Positions 43,561 to 53,444 of a stretch of 64,000 nucleotides of DNA are shown piece after piece. The DNA lies in assembly GCA_963833095.1 (NCBI GenBank), contig CAWHWQ010000005.1, positions 256,001-320,000 on the forward strand, read 5' to 3'. The number at the start of each line of letters is the position of its first letter. The stretch's first letter is position 1. Below the pieces are notes generated by a model. That model was not told the DNA's origin and did no database searches. It saw only the letters and a program-made list of their open reading frames with translations. The DNA comes from Vulcanimicrobiota bacterium (GTDB lineage: Bacteria; Vulcanimicrobiota; Vulcanimicrobiia; Vulcanimicrobiales; Vulcanimicrobiaceae). The position numbers were made by a program, and so were the translations under genes.

Positions 43561-44381
43561 AGCTCTACTGTTCTACCGACATGGAGGGCGTCGCCGGCGT
43601 CAGCGGCTGGGAGCAGGTCGACGCCAGAACGCCGCATCCCGAGTACGCGATCTATCGACGATATTACACGCTGGAGGTCGCTGCGGCGATCGAGGGTGCG
43701 CGACGCGCCGGCGCGCGTGACGTGCTGGTCAACGACTCGCACGGCCCGATGCGCAACCTACTCTTCGACGATCTCCCCAGTGACATCCGCGTGGTCTTCG
43801 GCAATCGTAAGCCCTACTCGATGGTGCAAGACGCCGACGCGAGCTTCGGTGGTGCGTTCTTCATCGGCTATCACGGCGCCATCGGCGATCGTAACGCGGT
43901 GCTCTGTCACACCTACACACCCTCGGTCATCTACGAACTGCGCCTCAACGGCCTGGTTTGCGGCGAAGCCACGCTCAACGCCGCGCTGCTCGGTTCGTAT
44001 GGCGTACCGCTGTTGATGATTACCGGCGACCGCACGACGGTTGAAGGCGTTCAAGCGCAGATGCCGTGGGTACACGGAGTGATCGTCAAGGAATCGATCG
44101 GTACGTTGAGTGCCGACTCGATGTCGCCGGCCGCCGCGCAGCGCGCCATCGCGGAAGGCGCCGCACAGGCCGTTGCGAACGCGGCGAAGGCGACGCCCTT
44201 CGTGCTCGAACCGCCGATCGAAATGCACGTCACGCTCGCTAAGACCGAGCAAGCCGATTACGTCGAACTGATCCCGGGGTTCGAGCGCTCGGGGCCGCGT
44301 GAAGTGCGGTTCGCCGATCCAGATATTCGTACGGTTTTCAAGGCCTTCGTCGCGACGTTCCGTCTGGGAGCGCTCGCTTAA
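43557..44381 (+). CDS. dppA: Second M55 family D-aminopeptidase
   Basis: MKLYCSTDMEG, NDSHG, GYHG, CHT and ITGD motifs. ATGA overlap with the previous gene. Confidence 0.92.
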   Translation: MKLYCSTDMEGVAGVSGWEQVDARTPHPEYAIYRRYYTLEVAAAIEGARRAGARDVLVNDSHGPMRNLLFDDLPSDIRVVFGNRKPYSMVQDADASFGGAFFIGYHGAIGDRNAVLCHTYTPSVIYELRLNGLVCGEATLNAALLGSYGVPLLMITGDRTTVEGVQAQMPWVHGVIVKESIGTLSADSMSPAAAQRAIAEGAAQAVANAAKATPFVLEPPIEMHVTLAKTEQADYVELIPGFERSGPREVRFADPDIRTVFKAFVATFRLGALA

Positions 44382-44436
44382 CGCGAGATTTCTAACTTCA
44401 TGCCATGCTGAAGTGTCGATGCGGTATCATGGTGAC

Positions 44437-45144
44437 ATGGCCACGAAACGGAACGTACGCACTGCCGAACCCCATATTGCCGAAGTTGCGGCGCTGATCG
44501 GTGACCCAGGCCGAGCCGCGATGCTGCTTGCGCTCTTCGACGGGCGCGAACTGACCGCGTCGGACCTCGCGCTGCGAGCGGGGATGACGCCGCAAGCCGC
44601 GACCGCACATCTCAAGAAATTGGTCGCCGCCGGACTGCTCACCGGACGCGCGCAAGGCCGCAATCGCTTCTTTGGCCTCACCTCTGCCGATGTCGCGCAC
44701 GCGATCGAAGCGCTGACCGCCATCGCCAGGCCGGCCCGCATCGTTGCCCTCGATCAGAGCACATCCTTCGAGCGCATGCGTTTGGCCCGTTCGTGTTACG
44801 ACCACTTGGCCGGGCGCTTGGGCGTCGGTGTCACCGATCGTTTGATCGAACGCGGCGCGATCTCGCAACGTGGAAAAGATTTTGCGCTCGGAGCGCGTGC
44901 GAACGCGGTCTTTTCCGAGTTGGGAGTCGACCTTGCAGGAGCCGGCGCACAACGGCGATCTTTCGCGCGCGTCTGCACCGATTGGACCGAGCGGCGTCCG
45001 CATATCGCGGGCAGTCTCGGCGCAGCGGTACTCAAACTGTTTCTCCATAACCGCTGGGTTACGCGCAATGCGAAAGATCGCGCCCTGCACATTACGCCCG
45101 AAGGTGCAAGTGCGTTGCGCGCGAGGTTCGACCTCGCATGGTAA
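44437..45144 (+). CDS. ArsR-family winged-helix regulator (long type)
   Basis: IGDPGRAAML HTH, with C-terminal RSCYDHLAG and CTDWTERRPH motifs. Confidence 0.88.
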   Translation: MATKRNVRTAEPHIAEVAALIGDPGRAAMLLALFDGRELTASDLALRAGMTPQAATAHLKKLVAAGLLTGRAQGRNRFFGLTSADVAHAIEALTAIARPARIVALDQSTSFERMRLARSCYDHLAGRLGVGVTDRLIERGAISQRGKDFALGARANAVFSELGVDLAGAGAQRRSFARVCTDWTERRPHIAGSLGAAVLKLFLHNRWVTRNAKDRALHITPEGASALRARFDLAW

Positions 45145-46178
45145 CGCTCACGCCGACCACGGCGGTGACTGCCGAGGACCCATATCCGTACTACGCAGGC
45201 CTAGCCGTCGAGCATCCGCTGCACTTCGATGGCGACTTGAACTGTTGGGTTGCCGCGAGCACCCACGCAGTTGAGGAAGTGCTCAACAACGCGGCATTCC
45301 ACGTTCGGCCCGTCAACGAGGTGGTACCGCCGGCAATGCGCGGCAGCGCACTTGGCGAACTCTTCTCCGGCATGGTACGCATGACCGATGGACCAATGCA
45401 CGCGTCGCGCCGGCGCAGCGCCGAGCAGTTGCTCGAAAGCATCAACGTCGCGGGGATCGCCTCAGCACTGCCCGATTTGCGCGCGGCGCCACTTGATACA
45501 TTGATGTTCGCTTTCCCATCGCGCGCGATCGCTACGCTGCTGGGCATTGCTCCAAGCGACGTCGACGGCATCGAGGTGCATGCCCGCGCGTTAGCGCGCG
45601 CCATCGCGCCGGGGGCGCAACCGGAAACCGCGGCACCCGCATCGCGAGCTGTCGAAGCGCTCAGTGCGATCTTTGCTGAGCGTTTTTCTGACGAGCAGCA
45701 GCGATATGCCGCGATCGGCTTGCTCTTCCAAACCTATGACGGGACCGCCGGCTTGATCGGTAACACGCTCCACCACCTTGCGATCGCCCAGCCCGTGATT
45801 GCGGCGCGCATCGTGCAGGACGCGCCGACACTTGCGGGCTTCGTGGGCGAAGTCGCGAGGCTCGACCCACCGGTCCACAACACGCGTCGCTTTGCCGCCG
45901 CCGACATCACCATCGACGACGCGCTACTCCGCGAAAACGAAAGTGTGCTCGTCCTCCTCGCGGCCGCCAACTGCGACCCGGCCGCTGCGGGCCGTACGCT
46001 TACGTTTGGTGCCGGCATCCATGCGTGCATCGCGTCGCGCTTGGCCATCACGATCGCGAGCGTCGCGATCAAGGCACTCGTTGCTACCGGCATCGACCTC
46101 GCGACGATCGAACGGAACGGCTTCTACCCGTCCCTCAACGTGCGCGTGCCGCGTCTGCTCTACGCGCGCTTGCGCTGA
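45138..46178 (+). CDS. Cytochrome P450-like protein (346 aa)
   Basis: DPYPYY, EVAR (ExxR), AANCDP and the heme motif FGAGIHAC. Confidence 0.82.
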   Translation: MVTLTPTTAVTAEDPYPYYAGLAVEHPLHFDGDLNCWVAASTHAVEEVLNNAAFHVRPVNEVVPPAMRGSALGELFSGMVRMTDGPMHASRRRSAEQLLESINVAGIASALPDLRAAPLDTLMFAFPSRAIATLLGIAPSDVDGIEVHARALARAIAPGAQPETAAPASRAVEALSAIFAERFSDEQQRYAAIGLLFQTYDGTAGLIGNTLHHLAIAQPVIAARIVQDAPTLAGFVGEVARLDPPVHNTRRFAAADITIDDALLRENESVLVLLAAANCDPAAAGRTLTFGAGIHACIASRLAITIASVAIKALVATGIDLATIERNGFYPSLNVRVPRLLYARLR

Positions 46179-47452
46179 TCGACCACTCGCACGGCTTTTC
46201 CTTGTGATCGCGGAATCGTGCCGGGCGAAACGATTTCCACGCGCATCGTCACGCCGGCGTAGCTCTTGATCGTCGCTGCGAGCGCGGCCGCGCAATCGTA
46301 GCGATCGCTCTCCGGCACCGCCGGATGCGTTTCGACGTGCAGCGCAACCTCGTCGAGTGCTCCCTCTCGCGTGAGATGAATCTGGTAGTGAAGCGTTAGC
46401 CGATCGTCACGCGCAATGAGCTCTTCTATCTGCGAGGGAAAGACGTTGACGCCGCGCACGATTAGCATATCGTCCGAACGACCCGTTATGCGCTGCAAGC
46501 GGCGCATCGGGCGTGCCGTCCCGGGCAACAGCCGCGTGAGGTCGCGCGTGCGGTAACGAATCGCCGGAAGCGCTTCTTTGGTCAACGTCGTCAGTACCAG
46601 CTCGCCGAACTCGCCTTCGGGTAGCACCGCGCCGGTTTCGGGATCGATGATTTCGGGATAGAAGTGATCCTCCCACAACGTGAGGCCATCTTTTGTCTCG
46701 ATGCATTCGACACCGACGCCCGGGCCCATGATTTCGGAGAGTCCGTAGATGTCGACGGCATCGATGCCGATCAGGCTTTCGATCTCGACGCGCATCTGCT
46801 CCGTCCACGGTTCGGCACCGAAGATGCCGATCTCCAAGCTGCACGCGCGCGGATCGAGGCCTTGGCGCACCATCTCCTCGGCGATCGCAAGCATGTAACT
46901 CGGCGTTACCATGATAATGCGCGGGCGCAAATCGGTGATGAGTTGCACCTGTTTTTCCGTTTGTCCGCCGGACATCGGAATCACCGTGCAACCGAGACGC
47001 TCAGCACCGTAGTGGGCGCCGAGCCCACCGGTAAAGAGCCCATAACCATAGGAGACGTGAACGATGTCACCAGGACGTCCGCCGGCTGCCCGAATCGAAC
47101 GCGCCATCAAGTTTGCCCAGGTATCGATGTCCCCTTGCGTGTAGCCGACGACCGTCGGCTTTCCGGTCGTGCCGCTCGAGGCGTGCAGACGAACCGTCTG
47201 CTCGCGCGGCACGGCAAAGAGTCCAAAGGGATACTGTTCGCGGAAGTGGCGCTTCTCCAAGAACGGAAAGCGCGCAAGGTCGGCGAGGTCGCGCACGTCC
47301 CTCGGATGCGCGCCGGCACGATCGAAGGCCTCGCGATAGAATGGCACACCGTCGTACGCGCGCAACAGCGCCGTCTGCAAGCGCGTGAGTTGGAGCGCCG
47401 CGAGCTCATCGCGGCTCGCGCGTTCGATTGAATCGAGCTGCGCCGTGCTCAC
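46160..47452 (-). CDS. paaK: Phenylacetate-CoA ligase
   Basis: HASSGTTGKPTVVGYT, YGYGLFTGGLGAHYG, DIYGLSE and RYRTRD motifs. Confidence 0.96.
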   Translation of the reverse strand: MSTAQLDSIERASRDELAALQLTRLQTALLRAYDGVPFYREAFDRAGAHPRDVRDLADLARFPFLEKRHFREQYPFGLFAVPREQTVRLHASSGTTGKPTVVGYTQGDIDTWANLMARSIRAAGGRPGDIVHVSYGYGLFTGGLGAHYGAERLGCTVIPMSGGQTEKQVQLITDLRPRIIMVTPSYMLAIAEEMVRQGLDPRACSLEIGIFGAEPWTEQMRVEIESLIGIDAVDIYGLSEIMGPGVGVECIETKDGLTLWEDHFYPEIIDPETGAVLPEGEFGELVLTTLTKEALPAIRYRTRDLTRLLPGTARPMRRLQRITGRSDDMLIVRGVNVFPSQIEELIARDDRLTLHYQIHLTREGALDEVALHVETHPAVPESDRYDCAAALAATIKSYAGVTMRVEIVSPGTIPRSQGKAVRVVDQRKRA

Positions 47453-48655
47453 ACCCGTTCCATCGCGAGCGCGATGCCCTGACCCACGCCGATGCACATC
47501 GTGCACAGCGCGCGCTTGCCGCCGCGCTCGATCAGCTCAATCGATGCCGTGAGCGCGAGCCGCGCGCCGCTCATGCCGAGCGGATGACCCAGCGCGATTG
47601 CGCCGCCGTTTGGATTGACCTGCGCGGCATCGTCGGGAAGTCCAAGTTCGCGCATCGTCGCGAGCGCCTGCGAGGCAAATGCCTCGTTGAGTTCGATCAC
47701 GTCGAAATCCGTTAGCACGAGGCCGGTACGCGCCAGCAGCTTGCGCGTTGCAAAGATCGGTCCGATGCCCATGATCCGTGGCGCGACGCCGGCCGTCGCC
47801 GTGGCAATCACCCGAGCGCGCGGCGTCAGTCCGAAGCGCTCAACCGCCTGCTCCGAAGCGACGATCAACGCGGCCGCGCCGTCGTTGACGCCCGACGAGT
47901 TCCCGGCGGTGACGGTGCCGTTGTTGCGGAACGGCGTCGGCAACGACGCGAGTTTTTCGAGCGAGGTCTCGCGCGGATGCTCGTCGCGATCGACGGTCGC
48001 CGTTGCTTTGCCGTTGCGCACCTCGACCGGTACGATCTCTTTGGCAAGCCGTCCCGAAGTGATCGCCGCCGAGGCGCGCTGTTGCGAACGCAGCGCGAAG
48101 GCATCTTGATCGTCACGGCTGACGTTGAATTCGGCGGCAACGTTTTCGCCCGTCTCCGGCATACTGTCGATGCCGTAGCGTTCCTTCATGCGTCGGATTG
48201 ACGAAGCGCCACCCGATGGTCGTATCGAACACAGCGTTCTCGCGGGAGAATGCCGCGCTAGGCTTGGGCATGACGAAGGGTGCGCGCGTCATGCTTTCGA
48301 CACCGCCGGCAATCGCGAGGTCGATGTCGCCTGCGGCGATCGCGCGTGCCGCGCTCGCCACCGCATCGAGCCCCGACCCGCAGAGACGATTGATCGTGGC
48401 GCCGGGGACACGTTCGGGCAGCCCCGCAAGTAACGCCGCCATGCGCGCGACGTTGCGATTATCCTCTCCCGCTTGGTTCGCGCATCCGTAGAAGACGTCG
48501 TCGATCGCGGAAGGATCGAGCAGAGGATTGCGCGCGAGCAGCGCGGCGATCGGAAGCGCTCCGAGATCGTCGGTTCGCACCGTGGCAAGACTGCCGCCGT
48601 AGCGCCCGATCGGCGTGCGCACCCCATCGCAAATAAAAGCCGCGTTCCCGTTCAC
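47449..48655 (-). CDS. paaJ: 3-oxoadipyl-CoA thiolase PaaJ/PcaF (single frameshift at ~48190)
   Basis: GCANQAGEDNRNVAR, NRLCGSG, NEAFA, GAIALGHPLG and CIGVGQG motifs. Confidence 0.93.
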
Positions 48656-49095
48656 CAAGGATCCTTTCCATCAAGTACATTGCCGCGCACGGCAGCCGAG
48701 TATCCGCGAAAAAGCGCGATGACGCGTCCGTCACCGCCGGTAACCGTCGCGTCGTAAATGCCAAAGCGCCCGGTCAAATTCGTTTCCCGGCACTCCACGA
48801 CCAACCGCTCACCCTCGCGGCCTGCCGTCACGTAGGTGATCGAGCAGTGCTGCGCCACCGAGGCGACATTGCGCGAGTTGCAGGCGAAGGCGAACGCGCT
48901 GTCGGCCAACGCAAAGATCGCGCCGCCGTGCGCCGTGTGATGACCGTTGATCATCTCGGGCAGCAAGGTCATCGAGAGCTTTGCGTATCCCGGCGCAACC
49001 GCGTCGATGGTCATCCCCGCCGTTTGCGAGGCGCGATCACGAGCGAACATCGCCTGGGCGCATCGCTCCGCGAGCGTTTGAGCTTCGTCTATCAT
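48652..49095 (-). CDS. paaI: Phenylacetyl-CoA thioesterase
   Basis: NGHHTAHGGAIFALADSAFAFACNS hot-dog fold motif. Confidence 0.94.
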   Translation of the reverse strand: MIDEAQTLAERCAQAMFARDRASQTAGMTIDAVAPGYAKLSMTLLPEMINGHHTAHGGAIFALADSAFAFACNSRNVASVAQHCSITYVTAGREGERLVVECRETNLTGRFGIYDATVTGGDGRVIALFRGYSAAVRGNVLDGKDPW

Positions 49096-49868
49096 CGACC
49101 CTCGAACTCGGGCTTGCGTTTGGCTGCAAACGCCTCGACGCCTTCGCGATAGTCACGAGTTGCGCCGAGCAAACGTTGTAATTCACGCTCGCGCTCGAGC
49201 GCTGCGTCGAGTGTCGAGACCGCGCTCGCGTCAAACGCCGCCTTGATCGCTCCAAGCGCTCGCGTCGGTGCTTGCGCGAGCGTGTGCGCGAGCGTATTGC
49301 ACGCGTCATCGAGCCCGTCGTCATCGACGACTTGCCAGATTGCTCCCCACATATGGGCTTGTTCGGCGCTAATGCGCTCGCCCAGCATCGCGATCCCGAC
49401 CGCGCGCGCGTGCCCGAACAGGCGCGGCAGCATCCACGTCCCGCCCGAATCCGGCAAGAGGCCGATGCGCGAGAACGATTCGATGAACGATGCGGAGCGC
49501 GCTGCGACGATAAAGTCGGCTGCAAAAGCCAGGTTCGCGCCCGCCCCCGCGGCAACGCCGTTAACGCGCGCCACGATCGGTTTGGGTAGCGCGCGCATCG
49601 CACGAATCAACGGATTGTAATACAGTTCGATCATCTCTCCGAGGTCACGCCCCGGCGCTACGGCAGGATCGGCCAGATCCTGTCCCGCGCAAAACGCGCG
49701 ACCGTTTCCGGTCAGCACCACGACACGTACGCCGTCGACTCCCGCCGCGTCTTCCAAGGCCTCGCGCGCCGCGCGCGCCAGCGCTCCGTCGATTGCGTTG
49801 AGTTTTTCGGGGCGATCGAGCGTGATGCGCAAAACGCCGGCGTCGCGCGTGACCAGCAGCCCGCTCAT
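49092..49868 (-). CDS. paaG: 2-(1,2-epoxy-1,2-dihydrophenyl)acetyl-CoA isomerase
   Basis: FCAGQDL, YNPLIR, GVAAGAGANLA and GLLPDSGGTW motifs. Confidence 0.93.
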   Translation of the reverse strand: MSGLLVTRDAGVLRITLDRPEKLNAIDGALARAAREALEDAAGVDGVRVVVLTGNGRAFCAGQDLADPAVAPGRDLGEMIELYYNPLIRAMRALPKPIVARVNGVAAGAGANLAFAADFIVAARSASFIESFSRIGLLPDSGGTWMLPRLFGHARAVGIAMLGERISAEQAHMWGAIWQVVDDDGLDDACNTLAHTLAQAPTRALGAIKAAFDASAVSTLDAALERERELQRLLGATRDYREGVEAFAAKRKPEFEGR

Positions 49869-50950
49869 ACCAGTTGCGCCGCAATCGCGTCGACGTCGAG
49901 CGCTAGGTCATCGCTGACCGGGTGGCTCTGGCACATGAGCACGACGCCGCTACGCACTTCGTAGTCCTCGAGGGCAAAATGCACGTCCATATCTACCTCT
50001 CCCGCCGTCAATTGCGCGCGGCAGGTCGAACAAACGCCGCCCTTGCACGAGAACGGCAGATCGATCCCTTGCCGCAGACCCGCTTCGAGCACCGACTCGG
50101 TGTCTTTGCGAATCTCGAACGTTCGTACGGTCCCGTCGAGGACGACGGTGGCGTGAGCGATGCGTTCCGGCTGGCTGCTCGCGCGTTCGCGCCGTTCGCG
50201 TGCGACACGCCCATCGGTGACAAAGCGTTCGATGACGGTTCGCTCCCGCGGAAACCCGCGATCGTCGAGTGCCGCCGCTACACCCTCCATCATCGATTCA
50301 GGGCCACAGATAAACGCATAGTCCGTGGCATCGAGGTCGATCCAGCCCTTGCACAATTCCAGCACGCGCTCGCGATCGATCCGGCCGTTGAAGGCATCGA
50401 TCTCCTGGCGCTCGCGACTGGTGACAAAGATCAAGGCGAGCCGCTCGAGGTGACGGTCCTTGAGATGCTGCAACTCCTCGCGGAACATCGTCGAAGAGGC
50501 CGAGCGGTTTCCGTAGACCAGCGTGAACGCGCTTCGGGGCTCGCGCTCGAGGGTCGTTTCGATCAATGAGAGCACGGGTGTAATTCCGCTCCCCGCTGCG
50601 AAGGCGAGATAGTTGCGCGCGCTGCTCGGATCGAGCGGCACGAAGAAGCGCCCCGCCGGCGAGCCGACCTCTAGTTCGTCGCCTTCGCGCAGCGATCCGT
50701 GCGCCCAACTCGAGAAGATGCCGTCGTCGACGCGCTTGATGGCGACACGCAAGCGTCCCGAGTGCGGGCTTGCGCAGATCGAATAGGACCGCCGCTGCTC
50801 TTCGCCGCCGATCGCCGCGCGCAGGGTGAGGTATTGCCCTTGCGTAAACGCAAACGCCTCGCGCAAATCTTCGGGAACGCCAAACTCGACGACCACGCTA
50901 TCGCGCGTGTCTTTGCGCACGTGACGAATCGGTAAACGATAAAAATCCAT
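49865..50950 (-). CDS. paaE: Phenylacetyl-CoA epoxidase reductase subunit
   Basis: RSYSIC, AGSGITP, ICGP and C-terminal 2Fe-2S SCKGGVCSTC. Confidence 0.95.
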   Translation of the reverse strand: MDFYRLPIRHVRKDTRDSVVVEFGVPEDLREAFAFTQGQYLTLRAAIGGEEQRRSYSICASPHSGRLRVAIKRVDDGIFSSWAHGSLREGDELEVGSPAGRFFVPLDPSSARNYLAFAAGSGITPVLSLIETTLEREPRSAFTLVYGNRSASSTMFREELQHLKDRHLERLALIFVTSRERQEIDAFNGRIDRERVLELCKGWIDLDATDYAFICGPESMMEGVAAALDDRGFPRERTVIERFVTDGRVARERRERASSQPERIAHATVVLDGTVRTFEIRKDTESVLEAGLRQGIDLPFSCKGGVCSTCRAQLTAGEVDMDVHFALEDYEVRSGVVLMCQSHPVSDDLALDVDAIAAQLV

Positions 50951-50951
50951 G

Positions 50952-51449
50952 CTAGTGCGGCTTCACGTAATCGAAGGGTTCGCGGCAGCTTTCGCAGCGG
51001 TAGAGCGCCTTGCATGGTGTCGAACCGAAGTGACTGATCTCTGTCGTATTTCCGGAGGAACAACGCGGGCATTGGATATGTCCTTCGACTTCGCTCGTTT
51101 CACTCGCTACAGTCAGGATGACAAGGCCGGAGCCAACGTCGTTTTTGGGGGGAGCAATGCCATGCTCGCTCAAGCGTGCTCGGCCGCGCGGCGTGATCCA
51201 ATCGGTCGTCCACGCGGGCGCGAGGCGTCGTTCGATGCGGACGTTTCGCACGCCATGATCGTGCAGCGCGCGCATAACGTCGGCTTCGATCACCGCGGTC
51301 GCGGGACAGCCCGAATAGGTCGGCGTCAGCGCGACAACCAACTCGTCGCCGTCCCAGCGCACGTCACGAACGATCCCGAGATCGGTAATTGAGATAGACG
51401 GCAGCTCAGGATCCGGAACTGCATCGAGCCATTTCCACTCTTGCGTCAC
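50952..51449 (-). CDS. paaD: Phenylacetyl-CoA epoxidase subunit D
   Basis: DPELP, TPTYSGCPA, PAWTTDWI, CPRC and FGSTPCKALYRC..C.EPFDY motifs. Confidence 0.95.
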   Translation of the reverse strand: MTQEWKWLDAVPDPELPSISITDLGIVRDVRWDGDELVVALTPTYSGCPATAVIEADVMRALHDHGVRNVRIERRLAPAWTTDWITPRGRARLSEHGIAPPKNDVGSGLVILTVASETSEVEGHIQCPRCSSGNTTEISHFGSTPCKALYRCESCREPFDYVKPH

Positions 51450-52195
51450 CATTGTGCGCCCGGATAGCTGCGAGGTAAGACCTGCATCTCGGCCAGCATG
51501 TAGCTTAGGGCTTCACTATGGCGCCCTTGTTTGCCGCCCCTTTGCATCCAGACGTCAGCCGGCAATGCGAGGGTCGCGGTCTTGAGCGCCGCTTCCACGC
51601 GCTCGAGGAACGGTTCGCGCAGCGTTGCCGGATCGACGCCGATGCCTAACGTGATCATTGCGACGTCGATCTCGTCGCCGAGAAAGAGCTCGCCCGTGAA
51701 GCGCCAGAGGTGGTCAATCGCGCGCTGCGCGCGTTCGCGGCTCAGCCCGGTACCGTCGCCCAAGCGCACGAGCCAGTCCTCACTGCGCCGAAGATGGTAC
51801 GCCGTCTCCTTCGCCGCCTTCGCGGCGATCGCGGCGATGCGCTCGTCGCTCGACTGCGAAAGCGCTGTAAGTTGCAAATGCATCCATACATCGTAGAAAT
51901 ATCCGCGCACGATCGTGTCGGCGAAATTGCCGTTCGCTTGCTCAACCAGCAAGACGTTGCGATACGCGTCCGCGTCGCGATGGAAAGCTAGCGCATCCGC
52001 ATCGCGGCCGGCGCCTTCGATCTCACCCGCGTAGTCCAGCCAGAGTTTGGCTTGCCCGAAGAGATCGAGCGCAATGTTGGCGAGCGCAACGTCTTCTTCC
52101 ATGATCGGTGCGTGCGCTACCCACGCGGCGGTGCGTTGCGCCAGTACGAGCGCCGAATCGCCCACGCGGAGCAGATATTCAGAGCGGTCGGTCAC
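51446..52195 (-). CDS. paaC: Phenylacetyl-CoA epoxidase subunit C
   Basis: EEDVALANIALD, KETAYH and GGKQGRHSE...EMQ motifs. Confidence 0.95.
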   Translation of the reverse strand: MTDRSEYLLRVGDSALVLAQRTAAWVAHAPIMEEDVALANIALDLFGQAKLWLDYAGEIEGAGRDADALAFHRDADAYRNVLLVEQANGNFADTIVRGYFYDVWMHLQLTALSQSSDERIAAIAAKAAKETAYHLRRSEDWLVRLGDGTGLSRERAQRAIDHLWRFTGELFLGDEIDVAMITLGIGVDPATLREPFLERVEAALKTATLALPADVWMQRGGKQGRHSEALSYMLAEMQVLPRSYPGAQW

Positions 52196-52476
52196 AGGTG
52201 CTTCACACCGTCGGGGACGTGATAGAACGTCGCATGCCGGTACCCTTTATCTTCCGAGGGTTCGAAAAGCGCTTCGCTCTGTGACGGATCGGTCGCGACG
52301 ATGTCGCTCGACTTGACGACCCAGATGCTCACTCCCTCGTTACGGCGCGTGTAGAGGTCGCGGGCATTTTGCACCGCCATCTCGGAATCGGCGGCGTGCA
52401 AGCTGCCCACGTGTTTGTGCGCAAGGCCGTTTTCGCTGCGCACGAAAATTTCCCAAAGCGGCCATGCTTTACTCAC
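52192..52476 (-). CDS. paaB: Phenylacetyl-CoA epoxidase subunit B
   Basis: [10 protein letters not shown]...HVGSLHAAD...[20 protein letters not shown] start overlaps the paaA stop. Confidence 0.95.
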   Translation of the reverse strand: MSKAWPLWEIFVRSENGLAHKHVGSLHAADSEMAVQNARDLYTRRNEGVSIWVVKSSDIVATDPSQSEALFEPSEDKGYRHATFYHVPDGVKHL

Positions 52477-53444
52477 GCGCGGCCCAGACATTTGCCGGCA
52501 TAGGCTAGGGCCGCATCGCGCACCCAGGCGCCGTCGTCCCACGCATCGATGCGCGCCTGCAGCCGCTCGCGATTGCACGGCCCATCGCCCTTGATGACGC
52601 GATAGAACTCGTCCCATTCGATCGCCCCGATGTCGTAGTGCTGCGTTGCTTCGTTCCAGCGCAGATCGGAATCCGGGATCGTTAGACCGAGTTGCTCAGC
52701 CTGCGGCACGGTTTGATCGATGAACTTCTGGCGTAATTCGTCGTTGGTAAAGAGCTTGATCTTCCAACGCATCGACTGCTCATTGTGCGGCGAAGCGGAA
52801 TCGGGCGGTCCGAACATCATCACCGAAGGCCACCACCAGCGGTCGAGCGCATCCTGCGCCATCGCATGCTGCTCGGGCATCCCGTGCGCGAGCTTCCACA
52901 TCACGTCGAAACCTTGGCGCTGATGGAAACTCTCTTCCTTACAAATGCGTACCATCGCGCGCGCGTACGGTCCGTAGGAGCAACGGGTCAGTGGAATCTG
53001 GTTGATGATCGCGGCGCCATCCACCAGCCAACCGATTGCGCCGACATCGGCCCAGGTCAACGTCGGATAGTTGAAGATGCTCGAATACTTGGCTTTGCCG
53101 CTCAAGAGCGCCTCGACCATCGCGTCGCGCGGCGTGCCCAGTGTCTCGGCCGCGCTATAGAGATACAGCCCATGGCCCGCCTCGTCTTGCACCTTGGCCA
53201 GTAAAATCAGCTTGCGCAACAAGGACGGCGCTCGCGTAATCCAGTTGCCCTCGGGCAACATACCGACGATCTCGGAGTGCGCGTGCTGCGAGATCTGACG
53301 CAGCAGCGTTTTGCGATACGGTTCGGGCATCCAATCGTTTGGCTCGACTTTCACCGAACGGTCGAGCCGCCCGTTGAACGCCGCCTCGCGCTCGTCGCCC
53401 GATCCCTGGCCGCCGACGATGCCGTCGCTAATTGACGTATACAT
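52473..53444 (-). CDS. paaA: Phenylacetyl-CoA epoxidase subunit A
   Basis: [29 protein letters not shown] and EESFHQRQG motifs. Confidence 0.97.
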   Translation of the reverse strand: MYTSISDGIVGGQGSGDEREAAFNGRLDRSVKVEPNDWMPEPYRKTLLRQISQHAHSEIVGMLPEGNWITRAPSLLRKLILLAKVQDEAGHGLYLYSAAETLGTPRDAMVEALLSGKAKYSSIFNYPTLTWADVGAIGWLVDGAAIINQIPLTRCSYGPYARAMVRICKEESFHQRQGFDVMWKLAHGMPEQHAMAQDALDRWWWPSVMMFGPPDSASPHNEQSMRWKIKLFTNDELRQKFIDQTVPQAEQLGLTIPDSDLRWNEATQHYDIGAIEWDEFYRVIKGDGPCNRERLQARIDAWDDGAWVRDAALAYAGKCLGRA

